A DNA stretch of 39,421 nt, taken from the IMG/VR virus record IMGVR_UViG_3300037207_000030, positions 1-39,421 of that record. One strand, given 5' to 3'. Positions 1 to 7,649 of the stretch are shown here, piece by piece. The translations under genes were made by a program, and so were the position numbers. This DNA is from a virus. Its lineage: Duplodnaviria > Caudoviricetes. Numbering within the stretch: the stretch's first letter is position 1; the number at the start of each line of letters is the position of its first letter. Under the pieces are notes generated by a model. That model ran no database searches. It saw only the letters and a program-made list of their open reading frames with translations, and had not been told where the DNA came from.

Positions 1-2
1 GG

Positions 3-131
3 TCCGACGAGCATGCGATGCGCGGTGAGGACGTCCCGGTCAAGGTCGATGACCACGGCGTCGACGCCCTCCGGTACGGCATCAAAACGACTCAGGGGAT
101 GTGGGAGCCGCGGCTGCGCCGCGCCGCCTGA
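3..131 (+). CDS. terL: Terminase large subunit, C-terminal fragment (partial)
   Basis: Frame from nt 3 reads SDEHAMRGEDVPVKVDDHGVDALRYGIKTTQGMWEPRLRRAA*; DHxxDALRY is the typical TerL nuclease-domain C-terminal motif; lies upstream of portal. Confidence 0.88.
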   Translation, partial: SDEHAMRGEDVPVKVDDHGVDALRYGIKTTQGMWEPRLRRAA

Positions 132-167
132 CTGTCCGACCTGCCCGATACGGTCGACTCCGGACAT

Positions 168-209
168 GGCGATCCCCGCACGGCTGGCACCGTACGGGGA
201 CCTATCGCC
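168..209 (+). promoter_or_regulatory. Long imperfect hairpin in the leader of the HNH gene
   Basis: GGCGAT-CCCCGCACGG-ctggca-CCGTACGGGG-acct-ATCGCC inverted repeat. Confidence 0.45.
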
Positions 210-238
210 GACCTGAACCCCTTCACAGGCAGGCCAGC

Positions 239-871
239 TTGACCGATCGTACGTGCACGGTCGACGGCTGCGATAAGCCTCACCTCGCACGCGGCATGTG
301 CCGCAAGCACTACAAGCGCGACGCCTACTGGCGCAACGTCGAGACCGAGCGCGAGAAGCTACGCCAGCGCAGCCCCGAGAAGCAGCGCGAGTACAACCAG
401 CGCAACTACGAGCGCCACCAGGAGCAGCGCCGCGAGGCCCGACGCGACTACTACACCCGAAACGCCGCTGCCGCGCGCCAGGCCAGCCGTGATTGGGCAG
501 CCAAGAACCCTGAACGTGTAGCGGCCAACAAACGGCACTACGCGGAGATGAACCGCGACAAGCTCGCGGCCTACTACCGCGAGTATCAGCGGACAAACGT
601 TGAGCGCAGGCGGGCAAGCAACGCGAAGCGCCGTGCTGCCATCCGCTCCACCACCGTTGATCCGGTGGACTACGCCGCGATCTTGGTTGAGCACGGGATG
701 ACCTGCCATCTCTGCGGCGCCTCGATCGAATCGTTCGACGACCTGCACTTTGACCACGTGGTTCCGCTCTCTCGGGGCGGTACACACACGGCCGACAACA
801 TCCGACCGGCTCACGAGCTGTGCAACCTGCGCAAGGGCTCGAAGCTCATGGAGGAACTGAAAGCGGGGTGA
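239..871 (+). CDS. HNH endonuclease
   Basis: N-terminal CTVDGCDKPHLARGMCRKHY Zn-binding motif, basic helical middle, C-terminal CHLCG...FDHVVPLSRGGTHTADNIRPAHELCNLRK HNH motif; TTG start at 239 chosen within ORF 101..871. Confidence 0.9.
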   Translation: MTDRTCTVDGCDKPHLARGMCRKHYKRDAYWRNVETEREKLRQRSPEKQREYNQRNYERHQEQRREARRDYYTRNAAAARQASRDWAAKNPERVAANKRHYAEMNRDKLAAYYREYQRTNVERRRASNAKRRAAIRSTTVDPVDYAAILVEHGMTCHLCGASIESFDDLHFDHVVPLSRGGTHTADNIRPAHELCNLRKGSKLMEELKAG

Positions 872-880
872 TTCGGCCCC

Positions 881-2596
881 GTGGCAATCGACGACCGCGC
901 AATGAACATGTTGCCGGTAACCAATCAGCCTTGGCCGCCGCCACAGTACGACCCGATTAACTATCAGCTACGACTCTGGGACGCTTGGTATTCGGGCGAT
1001 ATTCAGAAGCTGAGCTGGGCCTACTACAACCTCGGCGCTAACTCTCCAGCCGGTCGCGCGTACTTCGCGACTACGGGTGAGCCTGGCATGCCGACTCCGC
1101 GGCCGGGCCAGTTCCGCGGCGGTCTCATCGGCTCGATCTCGCGGTTTTTCTGGGGCCAGCCGGTGCCGCCCGGTGAGAAGCGCACCAAGTATCACGTGCC
1201 GATCGCGGGTGACATCGCCCAGACGTCCAGTGACCTGCTGTTCAGCGAACCCCTCGTCGTCAAGTCAGAGCTGGCGGCCAATCAGGCGGTGCTCGACGAC
1301 TACTTCGACGACGGCCTGCACTCCACGCTGCTGGAGGCCGGTGAGCTGGCGTCGGCGCTCGGGGGAGTGTTCCTGCGGACCGTGTGGAACACCGATATCG
1401 CGGAGTACCCGTGGATCGACATCGTTCCGTGTGACTCGGCGGTGCCGCAGTTCGCGTACGGGAAGCTCGTCGCGGTCACCTTCTGGCGGGTGCTATCGGA
1501 CGACGGCAAAGAGGTCGTGCGTCACCTGGAGAAGCACATCCCCAGCCAGAACACGATCCTGCACGGCGTCTATGTCGGGAATCAGACGGACCTCGGCACG
1601 GTGTACCCGCTGACCGACTTCCCGGAGACACGCCAGTTCGTCGGGGACCTCACCGAAGGCAACGCGATCACGTTCCCTGATCAGCCGATGGACGCGAGCA
1701 CGGTCGTCTACATCCCGAACATCCGCCCGAACCGGCTGTGGCGTGACCTCGGCCCGCAGGCCGCGCCGCTGGGCCGGTCCGACTACGCCGGTATCGAAAC
1801 GCTGATGGACGGCCTCGACGAAACGTACTCGTCGTGGATGCGGGACGTGCAGCTCGCCAAAGCACGGCTGATCGTGCCGCAGCAGTACCTCGACAACATC
1901 GGTAAAGGCGAAGGTGCCGTGTTCGACACGGACCGGCAGGTTTACACGCCGATGCAGATGCTCGCCACCAGCGGCACCAGCGACATCGTGGCCAACCAGT
2001 TCGCGATCCGCTTCCAGGAACACGCCCAAACCGCGTCCGACCTGGTGGGCCGCATCATTCAGGGCGCCGGGTACAGCGGGCAGACGTTCGGTGAGTTCGA
2101 CGCCGGTTCCGGTGCGATCACCGCCACCGAAGTTGAGCAGCGTGAGCGGCGGTCGCTGACCACCAGGGGCAAGAAGATCCTCTACTGCCGTCCCGGTATC
2201 CGCGACATCCTCTACGGCCTCCTCGCGGTCCGCCGCGAAATGTTCGGCGACACCACCGTCGAACCGGAACGGCCCGAGATCGATTTCCCTGCTGTCGTGC
2301 TCCCCGATCAGAACGAGCTCGCGTCGACCGCGAACCTGCTCGCCCAGGCCGAAGCCGCGTCCAAACAGACCCTCGTCGCGCTGGTCCACCCGGACTGGAC
2401 CACGGACGAGGTGAACGAGGAAGTCTCCCGGATCTTCAGCGAAATCGGCCTGGACCTGGCGACCAGGGCCCGCGTCATGGTGTCCGAGCCGATGACGTCA
2501 ACCGCGGACTTCACCGAGCAAGCCGAACAGCTCGCGCAGACGGTCAAGCCGCCGGACATCCCACCGGACGTGCCCGGCACCACCACCCAGGAGTGA
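881..2596 (+). CDS. Phage portal protein (SPP1/A118-like)
   Basis: 571 aa after terminase; motifs HVPIAGDIAQTSSDLLFSEP, LGRSDYAGIETLMDGLDETYSSWMRDV, TATEV. Confidence 0.92.
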   Translation: MAIDDRAMNMLPVTNQPWPPPQYDPINYQLRLWDAWYSGDIQKLSWAYYNLGANSPAGRAYFATTGEPGMPTPRPGQFRGGLIGSISRFFWGQPVPPGEKRTKYHVPIAGDIAQTSSDLLFSEPLVVKSELAANQAVLDDYFDDGLHSTLLEAGELASALGGVFLRTVWNTDIAEYPWIDIVPCDSAVPQFAYGKLVAVTFWRVLSDDGKEVVRHLEKHIPSQNTILHGVYVGNQTDLGTVYPLTDFPETRQFVGDLTEGNAITFPDQPMDASTVVYIPNIRPNRLWRDLGPQAAPLGRSDYAGIETLMDGLDETYSSWMRDVQLAKARLIVPQQYLDNIGKGEGAVFDTDRQVYTPMQMLATSGTSDIVANQFAIRFQEHAQTASDLVGRIIQGAGYSGQTFGEFDAGSGAITATEVEQRERRSLTTRGKKILYCRPGIRDILYGLLAVRREMFGDTTVEPERPEIDFPAVVLPDQNELASTANLLAQAEAASKQTLVALVHPDWTTDEVNEEVSRIFSEIGLDLATRARVMVSEPMTSTADFTEQAEQLAQTVKPPDIPPDVPGTTTQE

Positions 2597-2877
2597 CCCA
2601 GATGGGCGCAGCGAAGAAAACGACCATCAAGCCGGCTAAGCGTGGCCAGCGGGCGATCAGTTTCCAGCCCGGCGGCCTCCATCAGTCCCTCGGCGTACCG
2701 GCGGGGAAGCCGATCCCGGCCGGCAAGAAGAACGCGGCTCTGCGCGGCGACTACGGGCCGAAAGCCCAGGCGCAAGCACGGTTCGCGAAGAACGTCCTCA
2801 CCGGCCCCAAAAGCGGCGGCAAGCCTGCCGCACGTGGGGGCAAGACAGCTGGCCGGGCGGCCGGCAGAGGGAGGTGA
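2593..2877 (+). CDS. Small basic (Lys/Arg/Gly-rich) phage protein
   Basis: GTGA overlap with portal stop; PGGLHQSLGVPAGKPIPAGK motif resembles small basic proteins seen in phage head regions; ATG at 2602 is an alternative start. Confidence 0.7.
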   Translation: MTQMGAAKKTTIKPAKRGQRAISFQPGGLHQSLGVPAGKPIPAGKKNAALRGDYGPKAQAQARFAKNVLTGPKSGGKPAARGGKTAGRAAGRGR

Positions 2878-2880
2878 CCC

Positions 2881-3138
2881 ATGGGTAAGGCGACCGCCTC
2901 ACACGACCCGAACGCCACCATCCGCGACACCAGCGGCGCGATAGCGGGCCGGTGGAATCAGGGCGCGCATGCCACCACCCCGGCCGGCGGGAAGACCACA
3001 CCGGTCCGGTTCGTGAACGCACCCAAGCCCCCGACGCCGGGCCCGAACGTGGACATGAAGGACGGTGACGGCGACGGCCCCGGCGGCGGGAAGCCGACCC
3101 GCACGATCGCGGGCGAGCCGATGCCGGGCGGCTGCTGA
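2881..3138 (+). CDS. Hypothetical low-complexity protein
   Basis: GGAGGTGA RBS upstream; TGATG coupling to next ORF. Confidence 0.65.
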   Translation: MGKATASHDPNATIRDTSGAIAGRWNQGAHATTPAGGKTTPVRFVNAPKPPTPGPNVDMKDGDGDGPGGGKPTRTIAGEPMPGGC

Positions 3139-3377
3139 TGGCCGCCACGCCACCAGCCGGGAAGCATGTCCCGTCCCGGGTGCCGAACAGCGGCCCGGTC
3201 GACGCCTCCGCGAAGGTCGCCGCGTTCCGTGGCACCAACGAGGGCCCGACCACGGTCGGCGTAAATCCGGCCCCGCCCGGGCAGCGTCTCGTGTCCGACA
3301 ACGACGCGCTGACCTCCGGGACACCGGCCGCGTCGACGGAGGCGACGTCGTTCCCGCCGTACGGCGGGAACTACTGA
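3138..3377 (+). CDS. Hypothetical protein
   Basis: TGATG coupled on both sides; GC3-biased codons. Confidence 0.65.
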   Translation: MAATPPAGKHVPSRVPNSGPVDASAKVAAFRGTNEGPTTVGVNPAPPGQRLVSDNDALTSGTPAASTEATSFPPYGGNY

Positions 3378-3535
3378 TGGCCTACTTGTGGCCCGGCGAG
3401 ATCGCGTGGCCGTTCCTGGGCCAGCCCACTGAGCCACCCGCGCCGCCTGAGCAGCCTGCCCCGTTCTGCGGAAAGCGGCGCGGCGTCACCAAGTCCCCCT
3501 ACCGGGCGAAGCGGCGGAACCGCCGCAAACGCTGA
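3377..3535 (+). CDS. Hypothetical protein with basic C-terminus
   Basis: ATG overlaps previous stop; MAYLWPGEIAWPFLGQP...KRRNRRKR. Confidence 0.55.
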   Translation: MAYLWPGEIAWPFLGQPTEPPAPPEQPAPFCGKRRGVTKSPYRAKRRNRRKR

Positions 3536-3570
3536 CCAGCCCACCTGACCGAAAGGAACGACCAGCCCCC

Positions 3571-3810
3571 ATGGGTTTCACCGAAGTCCTCACGCTCATC
3601 TTCATCTACCTCAAGCTGACCCACCAGGTCACGTGGTCATGGTGGCTGGTGCTCGCGCCCGAGGAAGCCGCCGCGGTCGCCTACGCGGCGTTCCTGCTGT
3701 TCTTCGGCGGTCTGGCGGTCGCGTTGACCCGCGACGACCGGAAGGCCGCCAGACGCGACCGCCGCGCCCAGCGGCGCCGGGACGACATGCGACGGGGCAT
3801 TCGGTACTGA
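3571..3810 (+). CDS. Small two-TM membrane protein
   Basis: AAAGGAA RBS; LTLIFIYLKLTHQVTWSWWLVLAP motif typical of a widespread small phage membrane family. Confidence 0.75.
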   Translation: MGFTEVLTLIFIYLKLTHQVTWSWWLVLAPEEAAAVAYAAFLLFFGGLAVALTRDDRKAARRDRRAQRRRDDMRRGIRY

Positions 3811-3812
3811 CG

Positions 3813-3932
3813 ATGGCGACCGAACCCGAAGCGGTCTGGCGGATCAGCGCCGCCGCGCCGCGCCGCCCTGGCCACGTGCCCGCGGCCACGGGCACAGCGT
3901 GCCCTGACACGGCGGGGGACACCCGGCCGTGA
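3813..3932 (+). CDS. Short hypothetical protein
   Basis: Fills the gap and is GTGA-coupled to the next gene. Confidence 0.35.
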   Translation: MATEPEAVWRISAAAPRRPGHVPAATGTACPDTAGDTRP

Positions 3933-4555
3933 CTGACATCTACTACGACACCGAGTTCATCGAGGCAGGCCCGCACGAGCCGCTACGGTTCCTGTCGATC
4001 GGCCTGGTCGCCGACGACGGCCGCGAATACTACGCGGTCACCGCCGACCCGGACGTAATCACCGCCGCTGTCGCCCACGACTGGCTCCGCGTCAACGTCG
4101 TCCCGTCCCTGCCCGTCACAGTCGAGCAGGTGCCGTGGGGGAAGGCGCACGGCTGGAGCCGCTGGCAATGGGAGTGGGACCGGGCGCACCCGGACTACCG
4201 GCACGTCAAGGACCGCGAGCAGATCGCCGTCGAGGTCCGCGACTTCATCCTTGCCGAACCCGATCCGCGGCTGTGGGCCTGGTATGCCGCCTACGATCAC
4301 GTGGTCTTGTGCCAGCTGTACGGGCCGATGATCAGCCTGCCCGCCGGGATGCCGATGTGGACGAACGACCTCAAGCAGGAAGCCGTACGCCGCGGCGACC
4401 CGCACCTCCCGGCGATGCCTGGCGTCCGGTCGCATAACGCGCTCGACGACGCCCGTGAAGTCCAGTACCGGCGCCGTTTGCTTCATCCCGTCAGTCGTTC
4501 AGAGGAGGGGACGGACGAAACCGCTCGGGAAGCGTGGGGTTATCCAGCGCGCTAG
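3929..4555 (+). CDS. DEDD 3'-5' exoribonuclease, RNase AS / Rv2179c-like
   Basis: YDTEFIE, LSIGLVADDGREYYAV, WAWYAAYDHVVLCQLYG, NDLKQ, HNALDDAR motifs. Confidence 0.88.
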   Translation: MTDIYYDTEFIEAGPHEPLRFLSIGLVADDGREYYAVTADPDVITAAVAHDWLRVNVVPSLPVTVEQVPWGKAHGWSRWQWEWDRAHPDYRHVKDREQIAVEVRDFILAEPDPRLWAWYAAYDHVVLCQLYGPMISLPAGMPMWTNDLKQEAVRRGDPHLPAMPGVRSHNALDDAREVQYRRRLLHPVSRSEEGTDETAREAWGYPAR

Positions 4556-5618
4556 GTGGCAGTTCGACGCCAGCCAGGTTCGCGCCGGTCAGATTCGTGC
4601 CGGTCAGGTTCGCGCGGGTCAGGTTCGCGACGGACAGGTCTGCGCTGGTCAGGTTCGCGCCAGTCAGGTCCGCGCTGGTCAGGTCCGCGCCGGCCAGGGT
4701 CACGCTGGTCAGGTCCGCGCTGGTCAGGTCCGCGCGGGTCAGGTTCACGAAGGCCAGGTTCGCGCCGGTCAGGTTCGCGCGGGTCAGGTTCGCGCGGGTC
4801 AGGTTCGCGCCGGACAGATACGCGCCGGCCAGGGTCGCGCCGGCCAGATACGCCCTGGTCAGGTTCGCGTTGGGGAGGGCCGTTCTGGCCAGGGTCGCGC
4901 CGGCCAGATACGCCCTGGTCAGGTTCGCGTCGGCGAGGACCGCGCCGATCAGGTTCACGCCGGCCAGGGTCGCGCCGGCCAGATACGCGCCGCTAAGAAT
5001 CAGATCACCGCGTTCCTCACGTCCTCGCGGCCGTCGTCCGAGCACCGTTGCGGCAGCTCGAACGTCAGTCTCCGATGTAATGAGACCGGTTTCTTCTGCC
5101 GCCTCAAGCTCTGCCTGGCGAGTCCTTGAGAGGCGAGAGTGCTCCCCGATAAACGCCGCGAGCACTTCCACAATCGTTGGATGGTCGCGCGGCGAGTCGA
5201 TCATGATGCGCTCCAGCGCGTAGATCGCGCCCAGCCGCACATCGAGCGCATCTGACCCGAGCTGTCCGATTGCCTTGGTGTACCTGTCGGTGACGTGGCT
5301 TTCGCGGGACAGATTGAAGTTCCGGGCCGTGTACACCAGTGCGGTAACTGCTGCCACGCCGGCGCCGAGCTGGAGCATCCGGCCACGGAGCGCGTCAATG
5401 GCGGTCTCCCGCTGGACCGGAGTGAGTGCTTTCAGCCGTGAAGCATCCAGCCACGGCGGGCCGAGCCAGACGAACACGGCGAACACGGCGAACACGGCGA
5501 ACGCACCTGTGAATGCCAGGGGCCATCGGTAGCGCCGGCCCCATGCCCACACTCTTCTGACGATGACAGCTGCGCCCCGGGCTAAAGCCCTGCGGTGACG
5601 CCTGATCCATGTAGGCAC
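4491..5618 (-). CDS. Membrane-anchored pentapeptide-repeat protein (moron)
   Basis: Two N-terminal hydrophobic segments, VTDRYTKAIGQLGSDALDVRLGAIYALERIMIDSP motif, then a long run of A(N/D/Y/T)Lxx pentapeptides. Confidence 0.88.
   Translation of the reverse strand: MPTWIRRHRRALARGAAVIVRRVWAWGRRYRWPLAFTGAFAVFAVFAVFVWLGPPWLDASRLKALTPVQRETAIDALRGRMLQLGAGVAAVTALVYTARNFNLSRESHVTDRYTKAIGQLGSDALDVRLGAIYALERIMIDSPRDHPTIVEVLAAFIGEHSRLSRTRQAELEAAEETGLITSETDVRAAATVLGRRPRGREERGDLILSGAYLAGATLAGVNLIGAVLADANLTRAYLAGATLARTALPNANLTRAYLAGATLAGAYLSGANLTRANLTRANLTGANLAFVNLTRADLTSADLTSVTLAGADLTSADLTGANLTSADLSVANLTRANLTGTNLTGANLAGVELPPSALDNPTLPERFRPSPPLND
4570..4995 (-). repeat. 15-bp period coding repeat (pentapeptide units), including a 44-bp exact duplication at 4827-4870 and 4887-4930
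   Basis: GGTCAGGTTCGCGC(G/C)-like units read directly on the + strand. Confidence 0.9.
5471..5502. repeat. 9-bp tandem repeat (CGAACACGG)x3 plus partial copy
   Basis: Seen directly; encodes FAV-FAV-FAV-F in the TM helix of the pentapeptide protein. Confidence 0.9.
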
Positions 5619-5746
5619 GCCGTCATTTCAGCACATCGGACCGTGCGCCCCGAGTTGTAACGCCTGGCTCATAGGTCGGGATGTCGCGTTTACCCCATAT
5701 CGATACAGGGTGACCCCTGTCACATTCTCATGGAGGAAACAGCCCG

Positions 5747-6232
5747 ATGGCTGCCCACCCCGGCACGATCAACGTGCCGGTCAATGTCCACCCAGACACG
5801 GCCAACCTGGCCGGATTCATCTCCACTATCACCCGCGCCGACGACCTCATGCGGCAGCTCACCGCGACTGAAGCCAGCGGCCTGCCCGATAAGGCGATCA
5901 GGGCATGGGGTCTGCTGCAGCAGGCAGTCGGCGAGCTGCGCACCGGCCGCCCGGCCAGTAGCGGCCACCGGTTCACGGTCGGTCCCACGGTCGCCCGGAT
6001 GGTCCACTACGTCTCCTACGGCACGCCCCGCGGTGAGTACGGTCACGCCTGCCGCGCCGCTGTCGTCGCCGACGTCGATCCGGGCCGGGTGGTCCTGTGC
6101 GTGCTCAACCCGTCCGGCGTGTTCTTCCACGCCGCCCGCCACGACGAGGGTGACGACCCCGGCGACGGCCTTGCGTCGCCGCTGTGCACGGGCCGCCGCC
6201 ACGAGGGGGGCACGTGGCACTGGCCCGCCTGA
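5747..6232 (+). CDS. Hypothetical phage protein
   Basis: GGAGG RBS; C-terminal PTVARMVHYVSYGTPRGEY...CRAAVV...LCVLNPSG...GGTWHWP resembles a common actinophage family. Confidence 0.75.
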   Translation: MAAHPGTINVPVNVHPDTANLAGFISTITRADDLMRQLTATEASGLPDKAIRAWGLLQQAVGELRTGRPASSGHRFTVGPTVARMVHYVSYGTPRGEYGHACRAAVVADVDPGRVVLCVLNPSGVFFHAARHDEGDDPGDGLASPLCTGRRHEGGTWHWPA

Positions 6233-6429
6233 TCCGGCGCCGCTTCTCCTGGGCCGGTTACCCGCGCCGCTGGTGGTTCTCCCGTGCCCGGTTCCGTGCC
6301 GCGATCGACCTGCTCAACGCGGCCGACCGGATGCGGTCACGGTGGGCCGACGCGAGCCCCGACGTCCGAAACGAGATGTGGCGGGCTCTCCACACTGCCG
6401 CTGACCAGCTCGGCGAGGCCATCCAATGA
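6214..6429 (+). CDS. Hypothetical protein
   Basis: GAGGGG RBS before GTG at 6214; ATGA coupled to next gene. Confidence 0.5.
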   Translation: MALARLIRRRFSWAGYPRRWWFSRARFRAAIDLLNAADRMRSRWADASPDVRNEMWRALHTAADQLGEAIQ

Positions 6430-6644
6430 GCCACCGCAAGCCGGGCCCGTTCGCGACCGGCGGCATCGTCTCCGATCACAGCCACGACGACGACCTTGTG
6501 CCTGCGCTGCTGTCCCACGGCGGTTGCTTCATCGAGGTCCAGGCCGCGAGTCCCGGCGACTACGAGTGCTACCACTGCCAGCGCGGCCAGTGCGCCCGCT
6601 GCAACGACCCCGACTGCACCTGCTGCTACGGAAACGAGGACTGA
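6426..6644 (+). CDS. Small Cys-rich (putative Zn-binding) protein
   Basis: CYHCQRGQCARCNDPDCTCC; coupled start and stop. Confidence 0.65.
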   Translation: MSHRKPGPFATGGIVSDHSHDDDLVPALLSHGGCFIEVQAASPGDYECYHCQRGQCARCNDPDCTCCYGNED

Positions 6645-6982
6645 TGACTGCCGTGCACATCGGCGACCAGCTCGACGCATGGGTCGCCAAGGCCATCAAC
6701 GACGGGGCGATGGGGGAGGAGTTCTGGCACGACCACGCCGGCAGCACCGTCATGGGCCCAGTCGGGCCGTCGCTGCGATACACGGTGATCATCACCATGA
6801 AGAATCCGCTGCTCGGGCAGGGCCCGCTGATCATGCCGTTCACGGTGCCGATCGGTGCGATGCGGGAAGATGCGGTCCGGCTCGGTGTCCACAACGCCAT
6901 GGGGCAGCTCCGCGAGCTCCACAAGCAGCTCCTCGACGCTAAGCCGCGGCTTGTGCCAGGCGGCCGGAACATCCACTCGTGA
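6644..6982 (+). CDS. Hypothetical protein
   Basis: TGATG coupling; MTAVHIGDQLDAWVAKAIND...; typical codon bias. Confidence 0.7.
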   Translation: MTAVHIGDQLDAWVAKAINDGAMGEEFWHDHAGSTVMGPVGPSLRYTVIITMKNPLLGQGPLIMPFTVPIGAMREDAVRLGVHNAMGQLRELHKQLLDAKPRLVPGGRNIHS

Positions 6983-7143
6983 ACTGGTGGTGGCGGCGGC
7001 TGACCCGCCGGACAGGTCCCGCCCCGGTCCAGGGCAGCGTGTCCACGGTGAGACCCCCGGTCAGCGGCGGTGACCCGGCGGCCAGGATCGCGGCTTGCCT
7101 GCGATGGTTCCGCGACCAGTACGGTACCGAACGGTCGTGCTGA
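6979..7143 (+). CDS. Short hypothetical protein (MNWWWRRL...)
   Basis: GTGA overlap with upstream stop; stop overlaps next start. Confidence 0.45.
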   Translation: MNWWWRRLTRRTGPAPVQGSVSTVRPPVSGGDPAARIAACLRWFRDQYGTERSC

Positions 7144-7649
7144 CCGAAGCCGGATCGACTGGTCTCGCGCTCGTGTCGCTGTGCTCGATGGCGCTGATCT
7201 CCCAGAAACGGCCGGCCGGGTGGCTGGTCGCGATCCTCGCCCAGTTCGCGTGGGTACCGTACGACGTCGTGACCGGCCAGTACGGGTTTCTTGCCCTGAC
7301 CGCCGTGTCCGTGCCGGTGTACCTGCGGGGCTGGCGGGCGTTCCGCATCCGGAGGGGCGATGACGAGTCCTCTGCCCCGCACACCTGGCGACGACCGGGA
7401 AGACCACGCCCAGGCCGCCGGGGCCGCGATAGCGGCGATCTACGCACAGATCGAGCTGGCGATCGTCGCGGCGGTCGCCTACTGGACCCGGAAGGCAGCC
7501 GCAGGGGCGCTGCCTCCCGCCGTCGCGAACCGTCGCCTGTACCAGCAGACCGCCGCGATCTTCGCCGCGGCCCGCGACCGGATCCGGGTGACCCTCGACG
7601 AGGCGATCAGCGGCACCCTCGACGAGGTACGCGGCCGGGTACAAGCTGA
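7137..7649 (+). CDS. Small membrane protein resembling half of a PnuC/SemiSWEET-like transporter; C-terminal extension doubtful
   Basis: Three hydrophobic segments with KRPAGWLVAILAQFAWVPYDVVTGQYG...YLRGWRAF pattern; frame runs ~290 nt into the minor capsid gene. Confidence 0.5.
   Translation: MLTEAGSTGLALVSLCSMALISQKRPAGWLVAILAQFAWVPYDVVTGQYGFLALTAVSVPVYLRGWRAFRIRRGDDESSAPHTWRRPGRPRPGRRGRDSGDLRTDRAGDRRGGRLLDPEGSRRGAASRRREPSPVPADRRDLRRGPRPDPGDPRRGDQRHPRRGTRPGTS

Noticed and set aside
4455-5223. + strand ORFs with AGQVR / RFARV / GSRRS repeats
   Set aside because: Antisense shadows of the 15-bp pentapeptide repeat; no RBS; the minus-strand product has the recognisable family motifs
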